The translations under genes were made by a program, and so were the position numbers. From Hyphochytrium catenoides (Eukaryota > Protista > Hyphochytriomycota): a DNA stretch of 47,953 nt. Under the pieces are notes generated by a model. That model saw only the letters and a list, made by a program, of their open reading frames with translations. It was not told the DNA's origin and did not search any database. Shown here one piece after another: positions 35,140 through 47,049 of this stretch (position 1 is its first letter; each line of letters begins with the position of its first letter). The DNA lies in NCBI GenBank assembly GCA_900088475.1, contig FLMG01001208.1, forward strand, positions 1-47,953, read 5' to 3'.

Positions 35140-37217
35140 TCTGTTTGAACTTCAGTACGAACGTGGGACTTCAGTTCCGCGAGTAGACTGCTGTTCCAAT
35201 GGCCTCTGTCCATAAAGTCCTTGGCAGCCCTGCCCCCAACAACATGGCTCTGGCGGTCTCGACAATGGCCTGATGAGTTTTCCTCTCCGCCAAGCCATTA
35301 TCTTGAAGCGGGAGCCGTGACCTGCTGGTTGATGCCATGCTTCGTGATAATCATGGAACTCGACTTGAGGTGAGTTCTCCGTTCTCCGCCTCCATCTGTC
35401 CTGGAAACCTTGATCTTCTTTCCAGTCTGGAGCTCTATGCGGGTCTTCAGGCTCTTAGTCCTGCAGAGCTTCGTCCTTAGACCGTAGGAAGCCTGCTCCC
35501 GTCCACCGCGGAGGCTTCATCACTGTATATCACACAGTAGTGTTCACCGTTGGCTGAGAGTGTCTCAAAGGGTCCCACTAAATCTGCATGAACCACTCCC
35601 AGGATCTCTTCACACTTTGTATGAGTGAAGGAGGGAAATGGCTGACGTTGAGACTTAGCAAGAGCACACCCATCACAAAGCATGTGCTTCAACTTTCCAG
35701 TGAACCTGACACCGTCTACCATTCTGGGAAGCTGCTTTAGGTATCGCAGGCAGAGATGACCCCATTCTGCCATGCCACCTTGTAAGGTCAGCACTTCCAC
35801 TCTCTCGCACTATTTGGAGAGCTTCTTTTATTCTCTAGACGCGCATCACTGCTGGTCCTGAGTCTTTTGGACGTAGTACCTTGCACTGTCGCAAATAGTA
35901 CAAGTTGCTACGTCGCTCTTCCAGCAAAATCATCTTAGCACCAGTGCCCTCAGTCTCCTTCCTAGCAATAAATTGCTTGGAAGAGAGTTTGAAACTCATG
36001 CTACTAGAGGCTGTGGGAGCAGAGACACTGAAGAGGTTCTTCTTCAGGTCTGGGACATAAAGAAGCTTCGGGAGCTGCATTGGTTTGCCCTTGGCCCCGT
36101 TGTTGCCAGTCAGTTCGAGATTGACTGTTCCTATTCCCAGTGCTGCTACCTCTCGTGCATCAGCCACCTTGATCTTCCGGTGCACCCCTCGGAAGGTGGT
36201 GAAGCTGGTGCGGACCAAACGTCATGTGCGCCACTGTCGACAATCCAGCAGGCTGCTACGTCTTGAGCTTCATTGGCTGACTGAGAGGATTGGGCAGTGA
36301 ATGCCAACTCATCACTGTCAATGATCACAGCCGCATTCGCATGCGGATTCGCATTCTTAGGGGGTCTACAGTCTTTGGCTCTATGGCCTATCTGCTTGCA
36401 GTCGAAGCAGCGCCCCTTGAACTCCCACTTCTTGCTGGTTGCTGGGTCAGGTCGGTCGAAGACGCACCTCCATGGTCGTGAAGATGATCTTCTTCAGATC
36501 TGGGACAGGTCTGAAAAGCCACGGCAGGTCGAGTCTGCTTGGTGCCTTGCCCACTGGTTGATGCTGCAAGACCAGCCTGAATCTTATCTCTCCGTTCTTT
36601 TCTCTCAGCCTCGTCCACCAGCGTGGACATGACGAACTCTGGAGTTAGGACAGTCTTCTCTCAGGAATGCACTTCATCGCCAGGATGAAGAAGCTGTCAT
36701 AGCTCTTCGGCAGGCTGTTGAAAAGTCTCAAGACAAAGTCACCATCTCCCACGTTATATGGTGTCCCATCCTGGTTGTTCCTTAGACCCATCAAGTCTCC
36801 CAAATGTCTCTTGACAGAGCCTCCTCCTGCTAACTGGAGATTCAGGAACCTCATCTTCAAGACGTCCGAGTCGTCATTCCCTTTGTTCTTGTAGACTCTC
36901 TCCAAGGCTCGCCATGCTTGTCTAGGGGTGCTGGTCCCTTTGACGTACACCCTCTGTGCCTTCTCTATGGCGCCATGATGCATACGTAGGCGTAAGCTCT
37001 CTCTGCGGCTTACTCTGTCTTAATGTCACATGAGAAGGATTCTTTCTTGTCCAGCTCTTTCAGACAATTCTTCTTCCGGAGGAAATGCTCCATGTCATAT
37101 GCCCAATCGCGGTAATTGCCAAAACTGAGCTTCTCTAGGACGAAGCCGCCCTTTGAGGTGCTGTCCATAGTGATGGCGTACGTTAAGAAGAGAATTTTAG
37201 CGCGGGCCGCAATAACC
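35140..37217 (-). mobile_element. Degenerate Ty1/copia LTR retrotransposon internal region (gag-PR-IN), frameshifted; RT/RNase H absent
   Basis: Gag starts at 37168 (MDSTSKGGFVLEKLSFGNYRDWAYDMEHFL) and has a UBN2-like segment (AWRALERVY...LFNSLPKSYDSF) and a zinc knuckle CFDCKQIGHRAKDC (~36365-36410). Then protease WIVDSGA, LLYVPDLKKNLFSVS, NLYYL, and integrase WGHL...CDGCALAKSQRQPF...VHADLVGPF and NGLAER-like/AIVETARAML. The copia order PR-IN is kept, with several frameshifts and stops. Confidence 0.92.
37204..37217 (-). other. Putative primer-binding site of the copia element (GGTTATTGCGGCCC)
   Basis: Resembles the GGTTATGGGCCC PBS of copia/Hemivirus-type elements (internal tRNA-iMet priming), with 2 extra nt; it lies ~35-50 nt upstream of the gag ATG. 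Confidence 0.55.
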
Positions 37218-38715
37218 TATAGCTGAACGCTTTTCTCTGGAGCTTGATGAATGAATTAGCTGTGAGCCAGTGCTCTTAATTACCAGCGCTACCTACACCG
37301 CGAAGCTCTTATCATCTGCTACATCATCAATAAGCCTATCTAACCTTAGTACTGAGATCCTCTAAGTCTTTAAAGGTCCTTCCAGCAGAGAGAGAGAGAG
37401 AGAGGAGGATGAGAAGATAGAAAGCACCCTAAGAGGACCTAACTTTCATCCTCCACCTCAGTCAGAAAGCCAGTTCCTCTATCGTGTCCACGAGCTTACA
37501 GCCACAAGTGCCCAAGAGATGCTGCTGCAATAAGTTCAGCACCACAACTCCTACCACGGCTACATAGTCGTGACGCCCATTCTCGCAACAAGCGACAACT
37601 AATAGGCCAGAAAGAGACAAAAGAGGAAAGAAGCAGGTCCGTATCCACCCGGCGGCCACTAGGGGCGACCGCGGAGGTGATTGACAGGAAGCGGGAGCTG
37701 CGGGGATCCTCAGGCGGATGCGGGAGGGAGATCACTTCCTCACCTTTTATAAATAGGGATATCGCTAGAAGAGGAGAAGAACTAGAAGAAGAAGAAGAAG
37801 TAGAAGAAGAAAAATGAAGAGGAGACGAGATCTACAAAGCCCTGGACTCTTCAACACGTCCTCCTCCTCCCCCGCCATCAACTTCGGAACAGGGAGAAGA
37901 ATCATAGTTGAACTCTTCTACCGCAATAAAAATATATAAAGACAGGAGACGGAGGAGGAGAAGAAGAAGAAAGGGCCGTGGCGCCGCGGCCACCATCATC
38001 ATCGCACTCAATCATGCAAGCTAGGGCGGGGTCCAACTGCTGAACAGAAATACGCTTCATCAAATCAACCAAAAATCTGTAGCGCATTCTCTTCTTCTTC
38101 ATGGATGGCGAACGAAATAGATTCTGGTAGGAAAAGACAGAGCCTTCTTTGTTGCCAACCGAGGCCAATGACCAAGAAGACGGGAAGCCTTTATTATCTC
38201 GGCCACTGTGGCTGGCTTTGTTAACACCATCTGCAAAGCAGCCCAAGCTGTTCAAACGATTGCAGCTGAGCGCGATGTGCGCTACTTTAGACATCGTTTG
38301 ATTACTTGCTGGCCTACCCATGCTTCTTCTTATGGTGGTCAACAAACACCTCTAATAAAAGACACGTGATTAGCTGCTGGTACTCACGCTGCACTTCTTA
38401 TCGTCAGGCATTTTTATCATCATTACCATTGGCGACAACCTTCGTTTTGTCATGCCTGTTGCTCTCTTCCTGCTGCAGATGGTAGAAGAGGTAAAAGCCA
38501 CTGGGCAAACACTGTCACATCAAACCAGACGCAGCAGCAGCAGGAGGCAAGCACCTTCAATCGCTCCCCCCGTGCACACGGATGATGAGCCATAAAATAG
38601 CCAAGAGCTCAACAACCGATGGTGGCTGGATGTACTATTGTCGAAGCCGCAGATCTCCTTAAAGAAGAGGAGCATTGCTGCTCTGAACAGATGAAGGCCT
38701 TTAACATTGGATTAG

Positions 38716-39070
38716 TACTACGTATACCACAGATTAGGTGAGAGTGATGGTAGATGGTACATCATATGAATGCTGTACACCACCACTCGTGGTGGATACA
38801 GCACGAAGCAGACACGTGCACCACCACCTACAGGGTCTACAAATGTGTGGTGGCTTGACTGCATTTTGGATTTGTCCACCACAGCTTTTGAGGATGGCCC
38901 ATCCGTGGTGTGCAATTAGTCTGATGTAGTGGATCCACCACCTGATCGATAACTCCTCCTTTTCCTTCTGGCTGAGAGTTGACTGTGCTGTGGTGGACTC
39001 AACTCTTTTTGCGTTCATCCACCACCATACTGTGGTGGATGAAACCCTTCTGATTCCTGTACACCATCTT
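38716..39070. repeat. Array of about 10 (T/A)CCACCAC / GTGGTGG(A) motifs, mostly in alternating orientation; probable transposon subterminal repeats
   Basis: Includes hairpins TGCTGTACACCAC-CACTC-GTGGTGGATACAGCA (38771-38803) and TTCATCCACCAC-CATACT-GTGGTGGATGAA (39014-39043); lies directly upstream of the MULE gene. Confidence 0.7.
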
Positions 39071-39332
39071 TCTGGTTCATTCCCGCGATTGGCGGCGGCG
39101 GTGAGCGCGCGCGCGCGCGCGCGGCATATTTGAATCCCATCGAATGGTATGGATGTCATTATTGTCGATTGTCTCGCGGTCACCCGGTTGGCTCATCAAA
39201 TCTCTGTGCTCACTGTGCTTTTTCCAAGCCCATTATCGCCCGACATTATTATTCATTACCCACATTACGCCGGCAACCCGTTGCCTTCTGCAGTGCCCGA
39301 AGGAGCTCGAGCTTCATCAGTTTACTCTTTTC

Positions 39333-42300
39333 ATGATGGTATCTTCTAGCCAAAGATTGGAGGAAGCCAGGCTCTCAGCATCTGCTGCTGGATCGACCCA
39401 AATTACCAGCGGTGGGGCGATGAGGACGCCCAGAATGTCTCTTTCCTTGAGCAGCCGTCGAGGCACTAGGCTGACCTCTTTGGATGATAGAGCCATCCCT
39501 AATACTCCTAGGAATTACGGGGTGACGACCCATCCCTCGTCAATTGCTGCTATGCCAGCGTCTGCCCCGCCCCTAGCCCGTCAAAATCCTTACCTATTAA
39601 GCAGAGCGATGATGACCCACCGCGAGGAACTTACTGAGGAGGATGAGATGGAGGTGAGACTATCTCCCGACAGTTTGTTTTGCCGGGGTGGCAGGTAGCG
39701 GTGAAATAATTTTAACTTTCTGTGTTGCTCATTTGATGCACAATGCTTTTGGCTGCGCTTTCTAGATTAGGAATGGGAATCCTGTAGTGTACTCTCAGGA
39801 CCACTTCTCAGAACCTCAATCAGCACCTGCTGCGCTGCCTGGATCGCGCAGATTTTACGAGGACGATAGGGTAAGGAAATCGATTTCTTATGCGCTTTCA
39901 GGAGGTGACAGTGACTCATAATGTGTAGGTTTATCCTCGTTACCTGTCCTTTGCGAATATCCCTGATATCAACGTCGACGAGATTCAGTTCAGCCAGGTA
40001 AGCCTTACTTGAAGAGTCCTTCGTGCTCAGGGTACAATTTGGTCAGCTGCCATTGCCAGGCCCATAAAAGCCAGTATCTTCTTACTGGCGTTTTTTTGCA
40101 GGCGCAAGCTTCCATTGCCGCTAGATGCGACGGGGAAGCGTTCTCCAGGCCAATTGGCTCCATGGCTGGGCACTCCCCGGGTGCGGCTGATGTTTATTTT
40201 GGGAATAGCAGAAGGGCCCCGGATGGCACCTATCGAGCCCATGGTACACGTATTAGGACTGGAGCAAGCAGTCGTGTTCAGGTACGTCGAAGATATGTTT
40301 CTCACTATACGAGTGAAGACTAGATCCTGTTTTGACGGCATGCTCTGACTATTGACAGTCCGAAGCAAGTGACATGCCGGAAGACGAGGACAGTAGTCCA
40401 TCTGGCGGGCAAGATGGACAGTAGTCCATCTGGCGGGCAAGATGGACAGGTGGGGCTATAGTCGTGAATGTATTTCTGTAAGTGTCGCCAGACGTGATAC
40501 TAGATGTTCACCAGCTTTGTTATAAGGCATTGGGAAAACGGTCAAGACCCTCGTCTCCCTCTGTAGTCGGTAGCCCTTTCGGGCCCGACGAACTCCTCGG
40601 AACTGGCAATACTCAATACTATCAGGTATGTTATGTAGCACATACATAGACAGACCTATCAAGCGTATCTTGTGGTTGTCTGTCGTCTGTGCAGACCTCG
40701 TTAAGGTGAAAGTGTATTGTAGTAAGCACTCTCGGTTGCATCCCGTAGAAAGCTTGGAAGAGAGTGAGGGCGAATCCACGCTCTACGCCTGGAACCACAG
40801 GGGAGACCTTCGCAGATGCCCTATCCTCCTTGGAGGAGGTTTTACCTAGTAATCTAGATTTATCGGAGGAATATGACTCAATGCTCAATGCCGTCCATCT
40901 GGAAGGGACAGGCGGAGAACACACCGACGCCAATAGCGAAAGTGCTAGTGCCCTTCTTGCCGACGACTTAACTGGAGGATCTATGAAGGTAGGCTTTTTG
41001 ACGTCATATAGCGAACTATAGAAACCTGATTTATTGGTACCGACCTGTAGCAGGCGGATACGCTACCCACTAACATGATTGAAATAAAGAAGGGAACGAC
41101 TTTCCAGTCTTGGCAGGAAGCTGATCAAAAGATAAAGGACTATGCCCTGTCGCAGGGGGTACTTCTGTCAATTAGAAACAGCAAAACCGTGTCAGCTCAC
41201 AATGGGAGCAGAAAGAAGGTACGCCATATAGGCAATTGAGTGTGCTTTATATTGTACTGCTTACGGTTCAGCAGTGAAATAGATACTCACGTGGAGACTT
41301 CAGGCAGAGAAGCACTATGACGATAAGTGGGCCTACGTATGGAAGAAATTTATCTGCGATCGTGGAGGGAGCTTTCGATCTAGGGGTAATGGTCTCAGGC
41401 CTGCCGCCTCAACGTCTAAGACCGGATGTCCGTTCCACATTATGGTTTCGATCAATGACGACAAGTCGAGTTTGGTGGTCACGTCTATGTCTGAACAGAA
41501 CTGCCATAACCACGAAATCGACCAAGCAGGCATTATGTATCATAAGAGAGAGCGCCTTAAGTGGCGTAAGACCGACATTAGCGAGAAGGCAGCCTGGATG
41601 CTGAACATGGGGGTGGGGCCAACAAGGGTAAGAAGCTGGCTGAAAGAGGAGGTGGGTGTATGCCCGACCGCTAAAGATATAGCCAATTTTAAAAGAGACA
41701 TAAAGAAGGATAAAATTGGAGCTCTTAATTCTGCCCAGGTGAGTACTTCAATGCTTTCCCTCTTCCTTGACGTGTCGGTAACTAACAAGTATACCTTTTT
41801 GATGTAGATGTTGAAGAAAAGGGCATACGAAATAAACTCAGAGGACCCAGACTCCGTACTGTTCGTCGAGAAGGATAGGTTCTTTGAGTTGCTCCATTAT
41901 TCCTCCTCCTTTATGAGGGATAGAGCAATAAAGTTTGGCTCAGTACTGGTAATGGATGCAAGTTTCAATAAGGACAATCAGGTGTGACAACAAGAAGGCC
42001 TTGAACTCATAAGGACCATGTAATGACCCCAATTGTCTTTTTGAACCTAGAGGAACCTTGTATACGGGATTGCTGTCATGAATGGTGATGGTATGGGCCA
42101 TGTCATTCAGTACACGCTTGCCACGGCGGATACCAAAGACACCATAAGAAGTGCTCTACGATTTTTTAAATCCTACAATCCCAGATGGATGGAGACAAAA
42201 GCAGTCCTCATTGACAAAGACTTCAAAGAGATCGATGTCATTCGAGAAGAACTTCCTGATGCAAGGCCAATACTATGCCTCTTCCACGTCAAAACACATT

Positions 42301-45300
42301 TGAGGAAGCGCATTACGCAGTTTGGTTTGCCATCGGGTAAGTTTTAAGGATTGGTGGACGATGAATCCCATATACCTTCTTAAACCAAAATACCTGATGG
42401 ACTGATTCATGGTTCACGTCGTAGAAGTTGCCAGTGCAGCTACTAAGGTCCTGGAGGATGTGATCGACGCGCAAAGCGAAAGGCAGCTGGAGGACTGTTT
42501 AAGAGATCTGGCGAAGCTTACTGACGTTCCTAGAGCTAAGGGGGGAGATACTTTCTGGAGTTACTTCCAAACCAACTGGATCAACTGCAAGGAGATGTGG
42601 GTGGCCTTTGAAAGGCACAAGGTCCTCACTCTAGGTAATCGCACCACCAACCTCATCGAATGTCGTTGGAGGGAGGTGAATAGGGACTCTGGTCGGGGAT
42701 ACGAGGCCTGGGAGACTCTTGATGGCATCAAACGTATATCCGATACCCAGGAGAGAAACTTCCGGGCCCAGTGGCACAATCGGTGCAGAAAACAAATAGT
42801 GATTGGAGAAGACCATGCTGAGCTCGCGCATCTAGCGAATCAGTTCACGAGATTTTCTGTAGAAAAGATGTGCACGGAGCTTGACAAAGCCAGAAGAATC
42901 TTCAAGACGAAGAGCTATGAGCTGAAGACACACGCAGATACCACTCGCTTTATCGACAGGAGTTCCGGACTCTCCTTCGATATTAAGAAGCAAACGACCG
43001 GCGCGCATGGACTACGCAATTGCCCTTTTGCTGCGCAGTACGAGCTATTATGTTCTCACTACTTCGTCGTGGTGCTAGAAGATGCTTGGGTAAAAGGAGG
43101 AAAACATAACTGGTCCAGCCTCATTCCCTCAGGAATCATATTCCCTGCATTCCTGATTGAAGCGCAAGCGCCTCCACCAGAGCTCAGTATGGGGGAGCAG
43201 TTGAATCGACAACCCCTTCCAATACAGCAAATCAACACGCGTCAGAGGAAGGAACCTGGGCAGCAGGGATCTCGAGAGCCACCAAGGCTTTCCCGTACCC
43301 AACGTTTCTGCAACCTTCGAACTCTTGCAGAAAAGTTATCTCAAGAAGCTTCCTACCTGTCCTGGAGCGGGTTTGAAGCTGTTAGGGATATCTTGGAGCT
43401 ACTTAGCAGTGCCGTTCGATGCGGCGACGAAATGAAGATTGAACGTAGTGAAGGTGAAGTATCGACGATTGTAGTCATCCACGCCAAAGATGAATTAGGG
43501 TCACTCAACAGGGAGAAGCATGCAGGAGACAACCATGAGAAAGACCCATTTCAAGAGGACCCCATTCAGTTCAGAGCGTTGGTGAAAGCTCCAGGACGCC
43601 CAAGAGAGTCAGCTTACTCCAAATGGAGAAAGCCAGTTGCTCGAGGCAGTCAATCGCTCAGTCAAATGGTGGCAGCTGGTATGATTGATGTCGAACCGTC
43701 GACGATCTCGGAGACTCTTCGTCTCTGTCAGAAGAGAGGGCTCACAATTCAGGAACTAATCACTTTTGAGAGATGGCCGAAGTCTTTGAAGTATGCCGAT
43801 CAGGAGTCGTGGTCCTTCAAAGCCCTTCCTATCACAAAGGAGGATATATCTGTCTCTCGGTCATGTGAATCGGTTGCCTTGTTACCCCCTGAGGTTATCA
43901 GGATGGTGTTTCCTCTTCTGACTTCGAGAGGAGATCAAGGCACTGTTGAATCAGTCCTAGTCTTCAAGGAACCCGAAGGTTTAGCTGTTGATTCTTTCTT
44001 GCTCAACAATATGAAGAAGGCTCATGCTTTTAAGGGCATCACGTCTCGAGTAAAGGCCGCTCTAGAGCTGCTCAAGCCCGAATGTTATCAGCACAAACTG
44101 GAAGCTTTCAAGCATCAGCAAAGTGACGTCAAGAAGCACCTTCCGAAGGGCTGGCTTTATCCTACAGCGTCTAGTGTCAAGAAGGCAGTTGAAGGTATAA
44201 GGAGTACATTTCTGCAGTGGAGTAAGCCTGACCTAACGGTCCTTCGAGCTAAGAATTGCTCGTATCCGGGATTCTCCGCTTACTCACTCGCCGGACTGTT
44301 ACTAGACGAGCAATTTTGGGAGATGGACTTCAACTGTCTCCTAATTGCGTTTGTGACGGACGCAACGTGTGCAGGTAAATTAATTGCTCCGCGATGTGAA
44401 TGACACGCCTCTCATCTTACCATCCTCCACTCTACACAGATTTCGTTCTGCCATTATTCGACATCTCGAAAGGATACGTGAAAAGAGAGATTGATCTCGT
44501 CAAGTGGTTGATAGCCGAGGTAATTATCTTATATGAAGAAATACTGCTTGCTCGTTGCGCACTCGTTTGACGATTATCTCTTCTACTGCCTTTGATTGTC
44601 CACTCATCAACGGGATTACTTATTCAACCCGTAATCTCCAACCGAAGTCCAATAGGAGAATATCAAGACTTATTATCCCTATAAAAGTCGAAGTATTCGT
44701 TTATCTCGCGCTAGTGGAAGATGGACAAATCGTGATTTTCCCTGTATGCAATGATTCCGTGTCCCTTTTGAATGTAAGTATGTAGAAGAGCAAGGTGGGA
44801 GATGGCAACAGTAAAATATTCGCGTAGGGGCTGGAGGAATTGGTGCGGAAAGGTAAGAGGACAGAGTGTATGAGAAAAGTTTAGAGGACACTTATAGCAA
44901 ACGGTCATCTCTTAGAGGACCGAATGCTCGTGCTTGAAAGAAGGAAGAGGGACCTTATTTATTGTTTGACGGCCTGCACCTTGCACAGAGGGTATCGGAA
45001 GCACTCAAGAGACTTCTGATGAAGCTGAAGGAGGACGTCTTCATGGTGGCAGGTTCGTTGACCGCCGCCGGCCAGAGCTTGGCTACTATTATCCTCCAGG
45101 CCATTGATGAGGACTCGGTGACTTTAAATGAGAACCTGGTGGTGGGTTCACAACAACGCGACGGGTCTTCTGACAGGCTCGTTGATGCTCCTCACCGGGA
45201 ACTTTGGCGTCTATGCCTTCTCATTAAAGCCCTGGTACATGGTGCCAAAGATGTCTCCCTCCCCGCTCTTTCGCTTGTTTGCAAAGACCATCACTTCCTC

Positions 45301-46782
45301 TTTATGACTCTGGTACTTCAACAAGTTCTCCCATCTATGGAAGAAGCCTTTGTGGCACCAGAGGAAGGGAAAGATGTGAACCCTAATCAGGTAGTTGCTC
45401 CGAGTCCTCTAGCTCAGGCTTTTGATTCGTTAGGTGAGGATACGTACGCTGGCAACATCATGTATTCCTTTTGACTCACGTTTTTCCTGCAGAGGAGAGT
45501 GGAAGGAGAATAACCCCTCTCCTAACTCTACGGGCGGAGTTATCTAGAACACCTGTTGCAGGGGTCCAACCGCCACGTTGGCTGGCCCTCGTTCGGCGAC
45601 TGCAGACCGCTGTATACTCCTTTATAAACGATGAGAAGACCCTTCATGGATCCTGTCCATTGAAAGATCATCAATCTTTCAGTCTCCTCTTTGGTTCAAA
45701 TGAAGATCGCAGGACCCAAGGAGAATCACTGCTACGTCTCGTCCTTGATCTTAATTCCTCACTTCGTCTAAAGATGATGAGTGAGCGGGGAACGAATGGT
45801 CCAGACTCCCGATTTGAAGGAGTTTGCCTTTTTGACATCCTTTCGAGTCATAATATAGAAGACCCGGAAGAGAGGTACCTCGATTTGGGAGACCTCCTAA
45901 CTCTTGTTCCTCAGGAATGGCTGAACAGCAGTATAATGGACGCAGCCATCTTCTCCATTCCACATTTGCTGCGTCATAACAGTGGTACGTTGTTCTGCTC
46001 TTTCAGTTGCTGCATCTATCACCGTTTGTAGTGCCAACAGCGGGATAGTATGAACTCATTGTTGCCAATTTACTTTGTTTGAATAAATGTGTATGTGTAT
46101 CTAGGATGGGAGGCTGACAGGGCCGCTATTGAGATCCTCTGCTCTTCTGCAACCATGGAAGCCCTCATGAATGGAACTGGCTCTGCGAAGGAAGATACGC
46201 GGTTGGCTTTAATAGCCAAGGTAGGGAAACCCCGAACTACATGATTATGCTCATTATTTCTTTTATATTGTCCTCTCTAATAATCTGGCTGCAGGTCTCT
46301 GAAGAAGTAACGTTAAAGAGAAACGATAAGGCCACGCCGCTATCTTCGTTGAGACTTTATTTCCCTCTTCTTGTCCAAGGCAATCACTGGGTTGGAATCA
46401 TGGTCGATATAGGCACTCTCACCATATACTACGAAGATTCCTTGCGACAGCATGCTCAAGTTAATGTAGGTGGAGATTCTATTTCATATTGGACCTATTG
46501 CCTTCTCTCTTTCTGGCCAACGCCGCTAGGTACTGGGGACTGCTCGTAACTAATATGCTCTAATCGTACTGTAAGGCTATTAGAGGGGCGCTTAAAAGTC
46601 TCGTTCTCGAATTGAGGGATTCTTTGGGGCTTACCAGTACGAGGCAAAGCTCGCTCAAGGTGATCAAAAGAGATACATTCCCCCAACTCGATTCAGACAG
46701 CTGTGGGGTCTGCCTGCTAAGCACCATCTGCACCTACGTCATGAAGAAGGACTGGTCGTCCGACTTTATGATGTCAGGTTGA
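39333..46782 (+). mobile_element. Mutator-like (MULE; FAR1/ZSWIM3-type) transposase gene fused to Ulp1/C48 protease domains; ~19 exons, ~1,900 aa if spliced; exon 5 disrupted by a 28-bp duplication
   Basis: FAR1/WRKY-GCM-like DNA-binding domain (FQSWQEADQKIKDYA...FIC...KTGCPFHI...HNHE, 41051-41520). DDE core VLVMDASFN (D 41955), VLIDKD, CLFH, YFQTNW, TTNLIE (E ~42658). SWIM-like CPFAAQYELLCSH. C48 motifs WLNSSIMD, GNHW (H 46385), YYEDSL and PQLDSDSCG (C 46702). Exons 39333-39653, 39766-39870, 39929-39997, 40102-40281, 40359-40449, 40515-40625, 40749-40988, 41051-41218, 41304-41738, 41808-41981, 42051-42336, 42425-44374 and 44440-44519 are GT-AG bounded and phase-consistent apart from exon 5; some downstream boundaries are approximate. 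Confidence 0.85.
40388..40449. repeat. 28-bp tandem duplication flanked by GGACAG microhomology
   Basis: ggacagtagtccatctggcgggcaagat x2 followed by ggacag. Confidence 0.97.
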
Positions 46783-47049
46783 CATTTCAACCTGACATTG
46801 CCCTAGCAGTTAGATTGTTGTGGATGCGATCACTGCTTCATTTAGGTGTAGTATATTACAGCGTATCCTCTAAGTGACGTGCTCTATTCTACACATGTAA
46901 CCAATAAATGAATATTGTATCCTATCTACAATCTATCCTGATGTTCCCACGAAATTGCGGATGGCTACATGTGTAGAATTTGAGGTCTTTACTGTATATA
47001 TATGAGACATCATCTCTCACCGTATTCGTCATTTATTTGGTGCAGAGGA

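Noticed and set aside
34300-35140. 3' LTR or RT domain of the copia element
   Set aside because: No YVDD-type RT motif and no copy of the sequence upstream of the PBS were found, so an LTR pair cannot be called.
37745-37756. TATA-like TTTTATAAATAG as an LTR or gene promoter
   Set aside because: LTR boundaries are undefined and no credible downstream ORF exists on the + strand; the motif alone is too weak.
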